Below are positions 24,088 through 36,557 of a DNA stretch of 64,000 nt, one piece after another. The notes below the pieces were generated by a model. The model made no database searches and was not told the origin of the DNA. It saw only the letters and a program-made list of their open reading frames with translations. This stretch comes from Leidyana gryllorum EB-2025a (lineage: Eukaryota > Protista > Apicomplexa): contig JBLWGC010000042.1 of assembly GCA_048772705.1 (NCBI GenBank), positions 11,515-75,514 of the forward strand, given 5' to 3'. Each line of letters begins with the position of its first letter. Within the stretch, counting starts at the first letter, position 1. The translations under genes were made by a program, and so were the position numbers.

Positions 24088-24211
24088 ATCCCCTTTCTCT
24101 GACCCTTTTGTACAAACCTTCAAAGCATTTACTCTTCTTCTCACTTAGTTAGCATCATCCCCGCTCACTCATCAATCACATTGATCCCCCATTGATCCCA
24201 CAGAAGAAGCA

Positions 24212-26350
24212 ATGACTATGTCCTATCAGCCCCCCTCCATCCTCCCGCAATTGGCAGCCGCTCCAACTATTGTGAGCGCGCCCATGACCGCCAGCACTAG
24301 CCAATTCCCCCCCGTACCCGTAATTGGTATGAATGACGACCCAATGACTGGCAACAATGCACCCGCCAAGATGTTTGTTGGTGGCCTCCCACAATCTGTC
24401 AGTCAAGGTGAACTTGCTTCTTTTGTGCTTTTTATACAGCCCGTCATATTTAGACTCCTTACGTGAGTACTTCGGGCGCTTTGGGCGTATATCGGAAGCC
24501 TTTGTGTTAATGGATGAGGCCTCGGGCCGCTCTAGAGGATTCGGATTTGTGACATTTGAAAACCCAGGCTCCCTACAACGGGTACTCAACAGCCGCCCCC
24601 ACTACCTTGATGGAAAGTGCGTCGACTGCAAACATGCTGTCCTCAAGGGCCAGAACGGCGGCAGCCGGCAAGAAACACCTTCAACTGGACCCCAACAGCC
24701 GCCAGTCCCGACTCCCAACACGGGATGTATAACAGGAAACGGACTGCAGAGCGCTTCTCAACCCGTTCCTGCCACGACTGCCCCGAATACCAATGGAGGC
24801 ACGTGGTCGCGCACTTTCAAACCGGCTCGCTCTGAGACAAATCCGACCCCTCCGGTCGGTAGCTCGTCCTCTGCCTCTTGCAGCTCTGGAACGCTGGATT
24901 CCTCCAGAGATGGAGGCGAGGAAGATGACGAGCTTTTCTTGACAGGAGGCGGCAAGTCCTATCTGGCTTTGTCCGGAGACAAATGGTTGGAAGACTGTGC
25001 AGAAGCAGATGAGAGGAAAATCTTCGTTGGAGGATTGCCTGATGTCACACCTGGTAAGTACAACGAATTGTAAGAGTTTGTTCGTTCGCTATTTCGTTGG
25101 TTCTCCGTGAGTGCGTGCGCACACGCGGATTGCTTTGGCGGCCGTACGAAAGGCCGAGAGTTCCGAGTTATGGATTGGATACTGGTGGAGGAATGTAAAC
25201 TTCTGTAAAGACCGTAATCATCCCCACCGAACCTTGAGCTTTGTGATAATGTAATCCATTGTGTTGATTGTAAACATATTCCACGAGAGATCACACTATG
25301 GCACTGCAGCGGAATTCGCCAGCTTCTTTGAACACTTCGGTCCCGTAGCGGACGCGATGGTCATGTTTGACCGCAAGCGCCGCCGTCAACGAGGTGCGTT
25401 GCTCAGACAATGGGCGTACATATAGGAACGCCCCCTTCTGAGCAGGTTTCGGTTTCATCACGTTCGCAACGAGCGAAGGTGTCGCCAACGCGCTGCAATT
25501 CAATCGGCACCCGGTGAAAGGCAAATTGGTGAGCTAATAGTAAAGCTGTGGTGACATGGACTTGGATGCGTAGGCGGAAGTGAAAAAGGCACACCCGCTG
25601 GTCCTCCAAAAGGCCCGTGCTCCTGCCAAGAAGGAGCGTGAGGCTGCCCAACAGCAGCTGGACAAGCGTTCAAGCCCGAATGCCACCGCTGCAAGCAACT
25701 GTGGGAAGAGGAAGAACAGTACCGCTGTCACTGGACCTCCGTGGACTGCCACAACTGCCAAGAATGGTGGCTCGCAACCGAGCATAGCACCCGTGCAGGG
25801 CACCACCGACTATAGTGCCTGGAGTACTTGCGGCAAGAAGGCCCGAAATGAAACCGAGGAGGGATTGACCGACCCTTTCGCTTCCATGGCCGAGCCAGCT
25901 ACTATGGGACAACATCACGTCCTTCAACACCAGCAGCAGCAGCTTGCTCAGCCCGCGTCTCATACTGACGACGCCTGTAAGAGTCGATTCCCATCGGCTC
26001 CGTGGAACGAAGATTTAGAGAAGCGAAGATTCGGCTACGAAGATGATTCCCGAATGCAGGCGGCGGCACCGCCCCCTCAGTTCATGACCGCTCCGGCAGC
26101 GGAATACCCCCCATTTTATGGAGCGCCTCACGGGGCGGAAGTTCCAGCCCCACAACTACAATTCGCAGCTTCGGGTTACGGATACCATCCTCATCACCAC
26201 CCATATCCTCAACCCGCGGATCCCTACACTAACGCAATGTTGGGGGGCCCCGCACCCACTCAGGCACTTCCTACTGCAAAGTACTACGGCGAAGAAATGC
26301 CAGGGTACGGTCCGAGTGGGTACGATGCTCCCTTATTCAGCAAACGATAG
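24212..26350 (+). CDS. Two-RRM RNA-binding protein (hnRNP A/Musashi-like) with a Q/P/Y-rich C-terminus
   Basis: KMFVGGL/RGFGFVTF and KIFVGGL/RGFGFITF RNP motifs; four introns, one of 256 nt (25054-25309). Confidence 0.9.
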
Positions 26351-26605
26351 ATAGACAAGTCCGTCGACATCTAGAGAACGATTTTCGCCCCTGTTGGCAA
26401 CAGGCGACTGAGTGCCGATAACCACACGACATCAGCCCAAATGAAAGTATTATTATAAAGGTTCCACCTTGTTCAAAGCAGCAACTGAGACAACAAAAGT
26501 AGGTCCCCTCGATTTTGGCGGTAGAAGGAGGTGAATGATCGCCAGCAGGGTAGATGTCTTCCAACTTCTTTTCGTTCCCTGACCATTCCGAATAAGAAAT
26601 CTACG

Positions 26606-28506
26606 ATGGAGGAGAGACTGAGCGGTCTCTCGGTCGACCAGATCGCCCAGATAGGGGCGAGTCTCGGGTATACCGTCCAACGTCAAAGTGGGGACTCGGT
26701 CGTATTGAACCGACCCGTGCTCGAAGAGACGATGTCGCCCTCCAATCGCTTTCCAGTCGCTGTCGAGGTCTTCACCAGCACTGGAGATGCTGCTACCTAT
26801 CTCCCCCATCCGCGCCAACCGGCGTACCGCTTATTCCACTTCGGAGCCGCCCTAGCAGCCGAAACCTTTTCGGCTGTTCTTCGTAATCCCTGGAACGACC
26901 TGCAGTTCTCATACAGACTATCCGAGATCATCAATCGGCCTCAAGATACTGTCCCCACTGCCCCACCCCCCATGACGCTTGCCGCTGCCCTCGAGCGTCA
27001 GGCCACCGTCATTGAGCGCGAAATTGCCGACCTCCGAACAGAACGTGCCGAAATACGCCGCCGTCTACGTTGCCTCCACCGACCACGTAATGGAGCAGGA
27101 GACGACGACTCGGACTCGGCGCTGGGCGCTTCCCACCGCGGCGCTAGCGATGACCCGCTTTTGCAGGGCGCTTACCGCAAGGAGGTAGATTCGCTCAGCG
27201 GCCGCGACGCGCGCAGCCGCCACAGTGGCGCCGTGGGTCTGAGCACACATACGTTTGAGGGCGCCAAAAGTGAAAGTAAGCTGACCTGATATCCTGAAAA
27301 CCATGCACCGCTTTGCGCTGAAAGGCACACGCTCCTGAAGCATCGTGCAATTGATCTTTCGCTGTGCGCAAGTGATCGTTCGCGCAACGCAATCGATCTG
27401 GTGCTCCGACCACACTCGGGAACGCAGCTCGCGCACGAGTGCGAAACGATCCGTGCGTGGTGCAAGATTGTGCAATCATTCTGCTGCTCGCTGCTCTGTT
27501 CATGATTGATATTCGTTACACGACTTCCTATCTTTTCTTTCCAGCGAATCGACGATATATGTCGAGTGTTGATGACTATTCGGGTAGGGCGGGAGGCTAT
27601 CCAGCGCGCTTACGGGACCGAAGCGGTTTCAACGACGATGACACAGCTGGGGGGGGTGATATGTCTCAATCAACGGTGAGCGCGACTCGTTCGACGACCG
27701 AGCGAACGCGTGGTAACAAAGGAGTATGGGCTCTATTTTATCCGGACGCACAAGAAGAATTCGGAAGGTGTTGGGCGCTCAAATCGGTGAATCTGGTGGC
27801 GCTGGGTCGGGGTTACCTGGTGAGTTACGACGATGGGACTGTGACTTGGCACGACATTTGCCCATTACTGGACACCAAATTACGGCAACAGGGCATCACT
27901 CCAGTCAGCACGCTGAGTCAGCAGGGGAGCAAACCATCTTCCCCGTCGGCGGTGGGTGTGCGGGTGAAGTATTTGGTATTGGGAGAGGGTACGAACTTTT
28001 ATGTCAAGTTTGACAATGGGCGGATGGAGTGGTGCGGGAACGACACGTTTGGCGACACGCTTCGTAAAGGTGTGAATGATAAGCGACTGATGGTGGAGCG
28101 GGTGGCGTTTGGCCAGGCCGGCGCTTGGTTGGTACTGTGGAGCGATTGGAGTTTTGATTGCGAGGGGTTGCCCACGACGCTAGTTGACCGTCTTCGACGT
28201 AGTGCCAAGCGGGACAACAATAGCACGAGTGGTGGTGGTACGGGCCAGAATCAGCAGAGCCCTCGAGGAGGCACTCCGGAAACTGGAAAGCTGAGTGGAG
28301 TGCTACCTGGTATTAGGGACATTACAGTGGGGCCCGCAGGCGAATGGTTTATCATCTACAAGGACCATAGTGTTCAGGCAGACAACCTGCCTGACGCTCT
28401 CTACAGGAATTTATCCCTCATACGTGAGAGAAGCGGCCGAGTGCGCTCCATTGTCTTTGGTGAAAACCGAAGCTGGTTTGTTCGCTACTGGGACGGCCCC
28501 AAGTAA
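26606..28506 (+). CDS. Uncharacterised protein: N-terminal HPRQ-motif domain, coiled coil and five C-terminal beta-rich repeats
   Basis: ORFs 26531 and 27439 join in phase 1 through GTAAG...TTCCAG intron 27276-27544. Confidence 0.6.
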
Positions 28507-28723
28507 ATCTACTACCACTGAGTGCGAGTCCAAATATCAATGAGCTCCTGCCGAAGACGAAGACGACGAAGAGTGCCCGAATAGTGTCCCTGTCGATCAT
28601 CAAATCAATCAATCTATCATATCCCTGCCTCACCTATCATGAACAAGAAGGCTAACATGGCCACGAACCCGAGCAGAAAGAGTCCCCAGTCCAACATCTC
28701 TGTAGTTCCTTAGAGAAAATCAA

Positions 28724-30318
28724 TCAATTCAGCCTCCACTTTGGTAGCCTCAGTGCTAACATCGACACCGCCCAAAACAACCCCACCGACCCCGCCAAAC
28801 CCATTACTTCCCCTCCATTCATCACACACCCCTCTTCTCCACCTGCCTCTGCTCCCCACAGGCTACACACGGGAGGTACACACATCCGCATCTCCATCAA
28901 AGGACTTTCGCCCACTCCACACTCCAACGGCGCTATTTCCGCCGTATCGATTTCATGCACCCCATTGTAGGGTTCAAAGCCCACTGTCGCCAAACGGTAG
29001 TCGAACAATGTCAGTTGTTGTTTCAGTGCTGCGCCACACACGCCGTCAGACCAGACACACGAACAAACATCCTTACCCAATTGGCCCAACATGATGGGGG
29101 GGTTGTAGGTTTCCGCCATCGGAGACGCGCTGCAACGAAAAGCGTATACATCGTTCCGCCCCAATGACGCAATTGACTTACTCTAAGCCGCCCCTGATTC
29201 GCGAAGGGGTAACACACAGTTGGTTATCATCCAGAATCAGATCTTGTAATGGCACTTGGATCGTCTGACTGCCTGTTTCAGCCAGCTCGAACTGTAAGTA
29301 CAGGGGATCGTACGTCTGGGCTGAGCCCTTCAGTCGACAGAGTGGTACATCGTCTGGTCCCACGGCGAAATGAGGCTTCATATTGAAGCGGATGGGACAG
29401 TCGAGAGGGTCTAATTGTCTCAACAAGCTGTGGGTGGCCATCTTTTTACACTGCTCTAGTGGTGTACAACGCTCACCGGTACATAAGGAAGGGGGGAAGA
29501 CGTAGGCATGGCGAGGCCAGGTCGAGGTATGCCATCCAATAGCTCGAGGCAGCCCCAAGCAGCTTAACATTATTGAGACGGAAGTGGTACAATGGGACAC
29601 TCATCAGGCCCTGAGTGGCTCTAAAGGCCGGTTGTGCTCTCTCGCCCCATGTAACTGCGGGCGATCGGGTAGCCGAAGTGAGATCATCCATAAGATAAAT
29701 CTTCCGATCGCGGAATGAGAAGCCCAAGGTGGCCGCACCCCAAGTCGCACGGATGGCAGAGGCTTGTGACGAGCGGCAATCATAATCTCCCAAGCCGAGT
29801 ACTCCGAGCACATCTTTGGGAACAGATATTGGGGATGAGATATTGCGGACATATTTAACAGCTCGAAGGGTGTCGGCCAGCGCGCTATTGAGACCATCAA
29901 ATGTAAAGGACTCAAAACCTTCGATACGTTCTTCAATCACCACATCAGCCTCCAGTCCCATGGCGAAGGGTCGAGACGTTCTGAAGTCACCATAGTGGGC
30001 ATAAGTATGACGCTGTACTACTCACTGGTAGCCCAAATCGGTAGGGATAGTTGAGCTCACTTCTCCAGCACAACTCCAGGGTGTAGAGGAACCGCTGGAT
30101 GGTCTGTCAGGGCAGGGGTCTTCAGTCAGGCACCATCGGGCCGATTCGCTGGGAACATAACACTCGGTGCAGAATCCTGTGTCGGGTCCATATAATCTGA
30201 GACCTTCGACGAGTGTGTCGATCATCAGTCGGCCATCTTTGACGTTGGGAAGCGTCACATTTAAACCGTATAAAGGATAGTTCTCATCCAGAAGGATCAA
30301 AGGGAGGCTGCGAGTCAT
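28724..30318 (-). CDS. Pepsin-fold (A1 aspartyl protease-like) membrane protein, probably non-catalytic
   Basis: LMIDTL and AYLDLAS occupy the two DTG positions; GVLGLG, IMLG..LFDY...VGF and a C-terminal TM; several introns. Confidence 0.65.
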
Positions 30319-30343
30319 CACATTGGCCAAAAAAGGCGGGGAA

Positions 30344-32001
30344 ATGAGTCTTCTGCAATGGGTTTCACGTAAGCGTGGTCAGGCAGAAGTAGTAGAGGAC
30401 CTTGAAGGTTCTCCCTCGAAAATACTCACATGGAACTGTAATGGGCTCATCACCCGCATCAAAACGCTGGATGAGTTGGCCACGTGCGGGCGATGGCTTG
30501 CGACCGTTGACCCAGTAAGTAGCACCCCGGCCGGGGGCCTTGAGTCCATGACTTATTCTAGGATGTCATTTGTATACAAGAGGTGAAGCTGGCAGCTCAT
30601 GGGCCGCCTGGAAGTTCCAAAGGCGATGGAAGGCCTCGGCGTCGGGACAAACTTCGAGAAGACACCAAGGCCTATCAGACCGAAGCAAGCGCGGTCAACC
30701 AAGCTCTGCTGAAACCCCCATTTCACAAGTACAATCGGTATTGGTCTCTCTCCGATTGGCGGTACTCGGGAGTTCTGACGCTGGTTCGCAAGGGATATCC
30801 TGTTGAAAGTGTCCGCTACAATGTCAATCGTCATCGGCCAGCGTCGGACCATCACGATGATGGGCGGATCACTTTGCTGGAATTTAAGGACTACAAGTTG
30901 CTTCACACCTACTCGCCTAATGCTGGTTGGGAGCCATCTTCCTGGGAACGTCGCTCTCGATGGGAAGATCAGATGTGCAGTTTCTTGGCGGAGGCCCGCA
31001 AAGACAAGAAACCCCTAATCTGGACAGGCGATCTTAATGTGGCACCCTTCCCGGAAGATCAGTCACATTTTGAGTGGTTTAGGTAAGCAACGGTAAGTCT
31101 TCTCCCTCATTGTCGTGAACAGGAAACAAATTCCGGCTACCTTGAGGCCTGGGCAGGGCCGAAAAGGGGCCACAACGGCCGTTGGGGCTGTTTCCGAAAT
31201 CCCGGAAATCCACCGAGGGCAACCTGGATGCACTCAATTTGAACAGGATGGTTTTAAGCAGTACTTGGCGTCAGGTGATCTGGTGAGTTCACAGAGATGG
31301 CCAAGATATCTTATCTTTCCCCTTCTAGGTGGACTCCTATCGATTACTGAATCCTGAAGGGCCCCCAAAGCTAGAGAAGCCGATAACAGGCCGGGATGGA
31401 GCAACCACGATTTATGATGTTGATGCTCCTTGCATCACCTGGAGAGGAACACCTGGCATTGAGGATGAAGAGTTCGGCCGCTATTTCGCCAAAGGCATGC
31501 GGATAGATCATTTCGTGAGTCGAATAGGGGTGTGACGTGATTCTTCCCGGCAGTTGGTTTCGAAGAGTTTCATGGACCAGGTGGAGAAGGTAGAGATCTT
31601 GGGATATGGGCGGCATAGGGTAGGTATTTTCACGGTGCTAAAGTTGAGGGTTGTCAATGGTTATTACATTCTAGACGAACTATTTCGGATCAGATCACGC
31701 CCCCATGATGCTGACGCTGAAGGCTATGAAGCCTTCCACGATGCAGGACGCCACCGCGGCTGAGCGCGAGCCTCCACGAAAGTTGCGTCGTGGTCCCGAG
31801 ACCGGCGGTGCAACAGAAGGCGAGGCACAACAACAGCAGCAACAGCAACAAGAGGAACAGCCACAGCAATCAAATCTGGAGACACCATCGTCCAGTCCAG
31901 AGGTTGCGGCTACGGCTGAGAACCCGTCGTCGTCGGAAGTTGAATCAGGAACGGCAGCCGCTCCAATTGCTTTAGATGATGAAGATACGCCAAAGAATTG
32001 A
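30344..32001 (+). CDS. Exonuclease III / AP endonuclease (APE family)
   Basis: ILTWNCNG, DVICIQEVK, YSGV, TYSPNAG, WTGDLNVA, GMRIDHF and GSDHAP; five short introns; acidic/Gln-rich tail. Confidence 0.93.
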
Positions 32002-32067
32002 GCATTGGCGTGTACAGGTGTGCGCGCGCTTGTGTGTGTGGTGTGTATATGATGATGGCCTGGTAGA

Positions 32068-32875
32068 TTAAGGCTGGGACGGTGCTGCTTGGTTGCGCGG
32101 GTTTTCGGGAGCCTTCTGCCATTGTTTGAAGATTCTTTCCTTGATTTGAGACATGCGCAGCCCGGGGAACTGTTTGGTGTATGGTGACCTTTAGTCAATG
32201 GTAGTCGATCTTACCTCTTCTTTGATCCTCGGAATCCATTCCTCTTCATAGGCTTTGTAGGCTGCCTTGGCCCTACGTTCGGGATGACGATCGACCGTGT
32301 CTCCCGCAGAAAATCCGGCCAAAGCGGCGTCCATTCCCGAAGCATCAACCCGATCTTCACCCGCCAGCATAGCATCGTACTGTTGCTCACGGATGATGTG
32401 ATTGATGTTTGGCTGCATGAGATCTTCCGTCTCGGGTTTGGCGACCTTTTCGGCCTTCTGCTCTTGACGAAGCTGAAGTTGCCTAAGTGCGATCTCGGCC
32501 CGAGTCATTTTCTTAGCAGCAGCTTGCTGTTGGGGCGTAAATATAAGGTTGGTGGATTCGCGCGTTGCTTACCTTTCCCTTATTGGTTCCAATCAATCGT
32601 TGAGCCTCCTCCTCTTCCAGTTGTCTGTTTTCCTGTTTACGCTTGAGTTTCTCCTCTGTCTTTGCGTCTGCTTCGGCCTGCGGTGAAGAGCATCACATTG
32701 AGTGTAGTTCAGAGGTGTGATTGGTTATTACCTTGCGTGCCTGTCGGGCTGCAATGTGTTTGTCATTGTCTGCCCACTTGGCGTCCTCTTTGGCCCGAGC
32801 GTCTGCTTCTTTCTTAGCTGAAGAAGCGGCAGCTTTGCGTTCACGCGCTTCAATGGCTCTTGGGTGACCTTTCAT
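32068..32875 (-). CDS. CCDC124: CCDC124/Lso2-like ribosome-associated coiled-coil protein
   Basis: ARERKAA..EDAKWAD, DRHPERRAKAAYKAYEE and PGLRMSQIKERIFKQWQKAPENP. Confidence 0.9.
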
Positions 32876-32967
32876 CGTAAATTTTTCTATTCTAGTCACA
32901 TCGGAGCTTGGGTGTTGAAATTCCTATACGATTGGCCAACCATTCCGCTTGCTGTGCATTCAGCTCT

Positions 32968-35900
32968 TCAGCCTCCACAGCCTCTCGTAAGATCTGTACG
33001 GGGAGGAGGAGGAAGATCAGAAAGGGAAGCAGTCAGACCTACTTGTGAGAAGCGCTCCTGACTGATCAGACGAGGTTGAGGGGCCATTTCCATTCTTCTA
33101 CTTGGTATTGAGCCACTGGCTATGAATGAGGGACTGGACCGATGGGAATGATGCTTGAATCGGGGAGCGTGAAATCTAAGCATAGGGACCGCCGACCTAT
33201 ATTGAAACAGATATGGACCCGCCAGTCAAATTACACTCACTTCCATGCTATCTTCAATTCACAGGGACTGATTTGCTCGGGCTCTCCATCCACTTGAATC
33301 GGAACCCGCGTCTTGAGAACGAAGCGGATGTTGCGGCCTTGGGCGAGCTTGACCGCGTCCGCTACTCCAACCTGTACTTGACCCAGATGCAATAATGACC
33401 GGAAGGCCACCAACTCGATCAGTCCATCTCCGTAGCGTTGTGGCAACCAACCTTCATTCATTCGGTTGCTTGATTGAGCTTCCTGGTCCAGCGGACTGCA
33501 CGATGACGTTGCCGAGGCAAAACTGTCGCTCCTCGACATCTTGACCGACGAATCGGAACGTACTCCGTTCACTCGCCACACTTTACAACCGCCTCCGAAA
33601 GACGGGATGTTTACTACTGCTAGTCCTTCTAATGTTCCTTCGTGTCGGAACTGACTCAGATCAATCCTCTGACCGTCACAATACACATCGGTATCCACCA
33701 AACTGATCGGCTGATCCACCAAGAAGTCTCTTACACCAACTTCACCATACAGAAACTTGTTGCCCAACCGCGACCGAAACAACTCTGGGTGGGATTCGCG
33801 CAATACGTGGAACTTCAACGCAATCCGGGCCGCTATACCCACATCTACGTAGTTCGTGAAAGTCTTTCGGAATAGCACCCGACCAGCCGATCCGCCTCCA
33901 CCACTGCCTCGATCTGTACTCGAGGCTCCATTACCACCAGCCGTTGTCGCGGCTGCCGATTCTGGCCGCGATCGACGCCCGAATGAACGACGCTGCTGGC
34001 TCGAAAGCTCTGCTTGCTGGGCCTCAACCGTCCATAAATCGAGAGACACAGGTTTTGCAAACACCAAACGCTTCAGAAAGCTCAGCAGGTCGCCGCCATC
34101 GAACGTTCCTCCCCACTGCAGAATTCTCGCCAGATCATTTCCAGTACCCAACGGCAATATCGCAATCGGTACTTGCACTTGCTCCCGCTCGAAGAGCTCA
34201 ACTAATCTCAGAAATGGTCGTTCATCCGCAGTTTTCAACTTTCCTCCGGCCGTATTAGATACCCATTTTCGGCAATAACTGTTCAACTTGGACAAGGATG
34301 CGAATGCAGGACAATTCTTATATTCCTCAGCAACAGCGTCCACAATCCAGCTCACGGTTCCGTCGCCGCCGCATACCAACACCCGCATGCGCCCGGTGAT
34401 GGCCAGAGCTCGGAACGGACGGAGTGCAGCCCGTGGATCCGTGTTGATGGACAAATTGATGACCTTTCGAGAAAACGATTCATGAAGAACCAGAGCAGCA
34501 ACGTATCTCTCTCACCTGCCACGGATTCAACAGAGAATAGAACTCTTTGAGAAGCGTCTGTCCGACTTGACCTCCAGATTTGGGGTTAACGAAAGCGATG
34601 ATGGGGCTGGCACCACATCTTTCAAGCTCAAAAAGCAGCTCTGAGACCGAGTGATGCAGCTTAGATACCAGATCGCAGATCTTTTTCTCCACCTCGAGTG
34701 GAGACATTGGGGGATTTGGGGTGACTTGAGAACTCAGTCCACGTCCAAGAGACTTAGCGAAGCTTTGTAGCTTCAGTCCGATACCTTTGGCGGTCTCAGC
34801 GGCTTTTGTCACCTCTGCCGCCACCAAATTACCGGCCTTATATACTTCGCCCTCAATTTCGCTGATGGTGGACTGCGCCTTCGAAGCAGCGGCTGCTGCC
34901 GCTCCCGAGGCAGACAAGGGTGCGGGGGGTTCGGATTCGCGTGACGGAGATATGGTGAGAGTGGGCGGGGCTGGCTGGATAGGAGAGTCTGGTGAGAGTA
35001 ACGGTACACTGCCTCCAATGGTGGGACGATCGGTAGCAGGCGGGCCCAATGTTGAGATGCCTTCTTCCGCCGAAAGCGGGTCGATAGCGCTTTCGGGGAG
35101 GACAGGGGCTGTAGCAACTCCCACACCTCCCACGTTCCACTGATCAGTTAGAAGACCGACTGGGCTCTGGAAGGCACCGGCAGCAGCCAGTTGCGAGAGC
35201 CCTTCCAGTTCGTCCAAGAGAGCATCGGCAGCTTCAAGGCCGCCTCTCAATCTCCAGCGTCGGCTGTCGCGTGTGGAGACGCGAGTTTCTTGCGCAGCAG
35301 GCGTAGCTCTGTAGGGCTTCTCAGCTTTGTCAGTGGTCCTCTCAGTCCGACTTTGTCGAAGCTGTTGGAAGGCGCTGAGGGTGATGGCAGATTCGGGGTC
35401 CAGCAACAAGACGCTGACTTACCTTCGGACCGTTGAGCTTTTCACATTTCCAGCATCGGGGGAAGTGGGAGCGGAGCGGAGGTGTAAGTCATCAAGGGTT
35501 CTCATCCGGCCAGACTTGAAGCGAGTTTCAGACTCCTTATTGTGTCGACTGGGAGTTCTCCCTCGGGTATGTGTGTTTCTTCCCAGAGGAGGGCACGGAG
35601 GGGGAGGGGTTGTTCCAGGATTCGGAGGAGCAGACACTGCGCGTTTGTGTGTGGATTTACTCGTTACATTTGACTCATTCTCTGCTGGCAGTGCAGCTGG
35701 AAGTTTCGGGGAGGGATTGTTGACTTCAACAGCAGATGGTGGTAGGACAATACTCACAAGCGGCCCTGTGGGGTTGAGAAGACTGGTAGATGAATGCATT
35801 GGCGTACCCAAGTCACATCGGATGGCAGTGTCGTGGCCGAGCTCCAAGGCCTGTTCGAGGCAAGGACCGTGGAAAGTCCGGTGACACCATAAGCACTCTA

Positions 35901-36493
35901 GGCCGAAGAGACTGAAGCTGGAGGAGCAGACAACTCCGCAGAAGGTACAGACCGAATTATTCTGCAGATTCCCTTCACGAATTTGGTGCTGCACGGGACA
36001 AGATCTCGAGGGAGTCTTGCAGGGGAGTTTGTCGGTGCCTGCGAGGGAGAAGTACAATAATTCCAAGGAGGGGAGGGGCGGGGCAAAGACAGACCTCTGA
36101 TGCAACTGAGGTGGGAGAATATGCCACAAACTTCACATTCGTAGCCCATATTACGGAACAGCAGGAAGCCACTGATGAGTTGGCGGCAGTGGGAGCAGTA
36201 GCGGGGTTGTGGGGTATAGGAGAATGAGATCCATGGATGGAATGTGTTAGAGGACCAATGTGACGCCAGATTGAAACGATTGTAATGCGCCACACGCAAT
36301 CTCCATAACACGAGGGGGAGGGTAACCGCGATCAGGAGGATTGGGAAAATGACCTGTGAGAGCGTTGAGGTGAGGGCATTTGTTCCGAGTGGGCGGTATT
36401 TACCTGAAGTGTTTCCCAGGAGCCCAGGATGTCAGGGAAGATGGACGATTCTGAGCCGCTGGCGAACACGTCGTCGGCTGCCATATGCAGCAT
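32968..36493 (-). CDS. Diacylglycerol kinase with an N-terminal TM and two C1 domains
   Basis: C1 zinc fingers, FVNPKSGG, VCGGDGTV, LPLGTGNDLAR, NIPSFGGG and QVDGEP; about five introns. Confidence 0.92.
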
Positions 36494-36557
36494 TCTAATC
36501 CATTAAGACCAGTTCTGTCACCTTGCATATTGCGGATTTTTCCTCTCCACTGGCACC

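Noticed and set aside
25130-25165. Hammerhead ribozyme (ggcc..gaaaggccga resembles stem II)
   Set aside because: The CUGAUGA core is absent upstream and no GAAA follows the stem.
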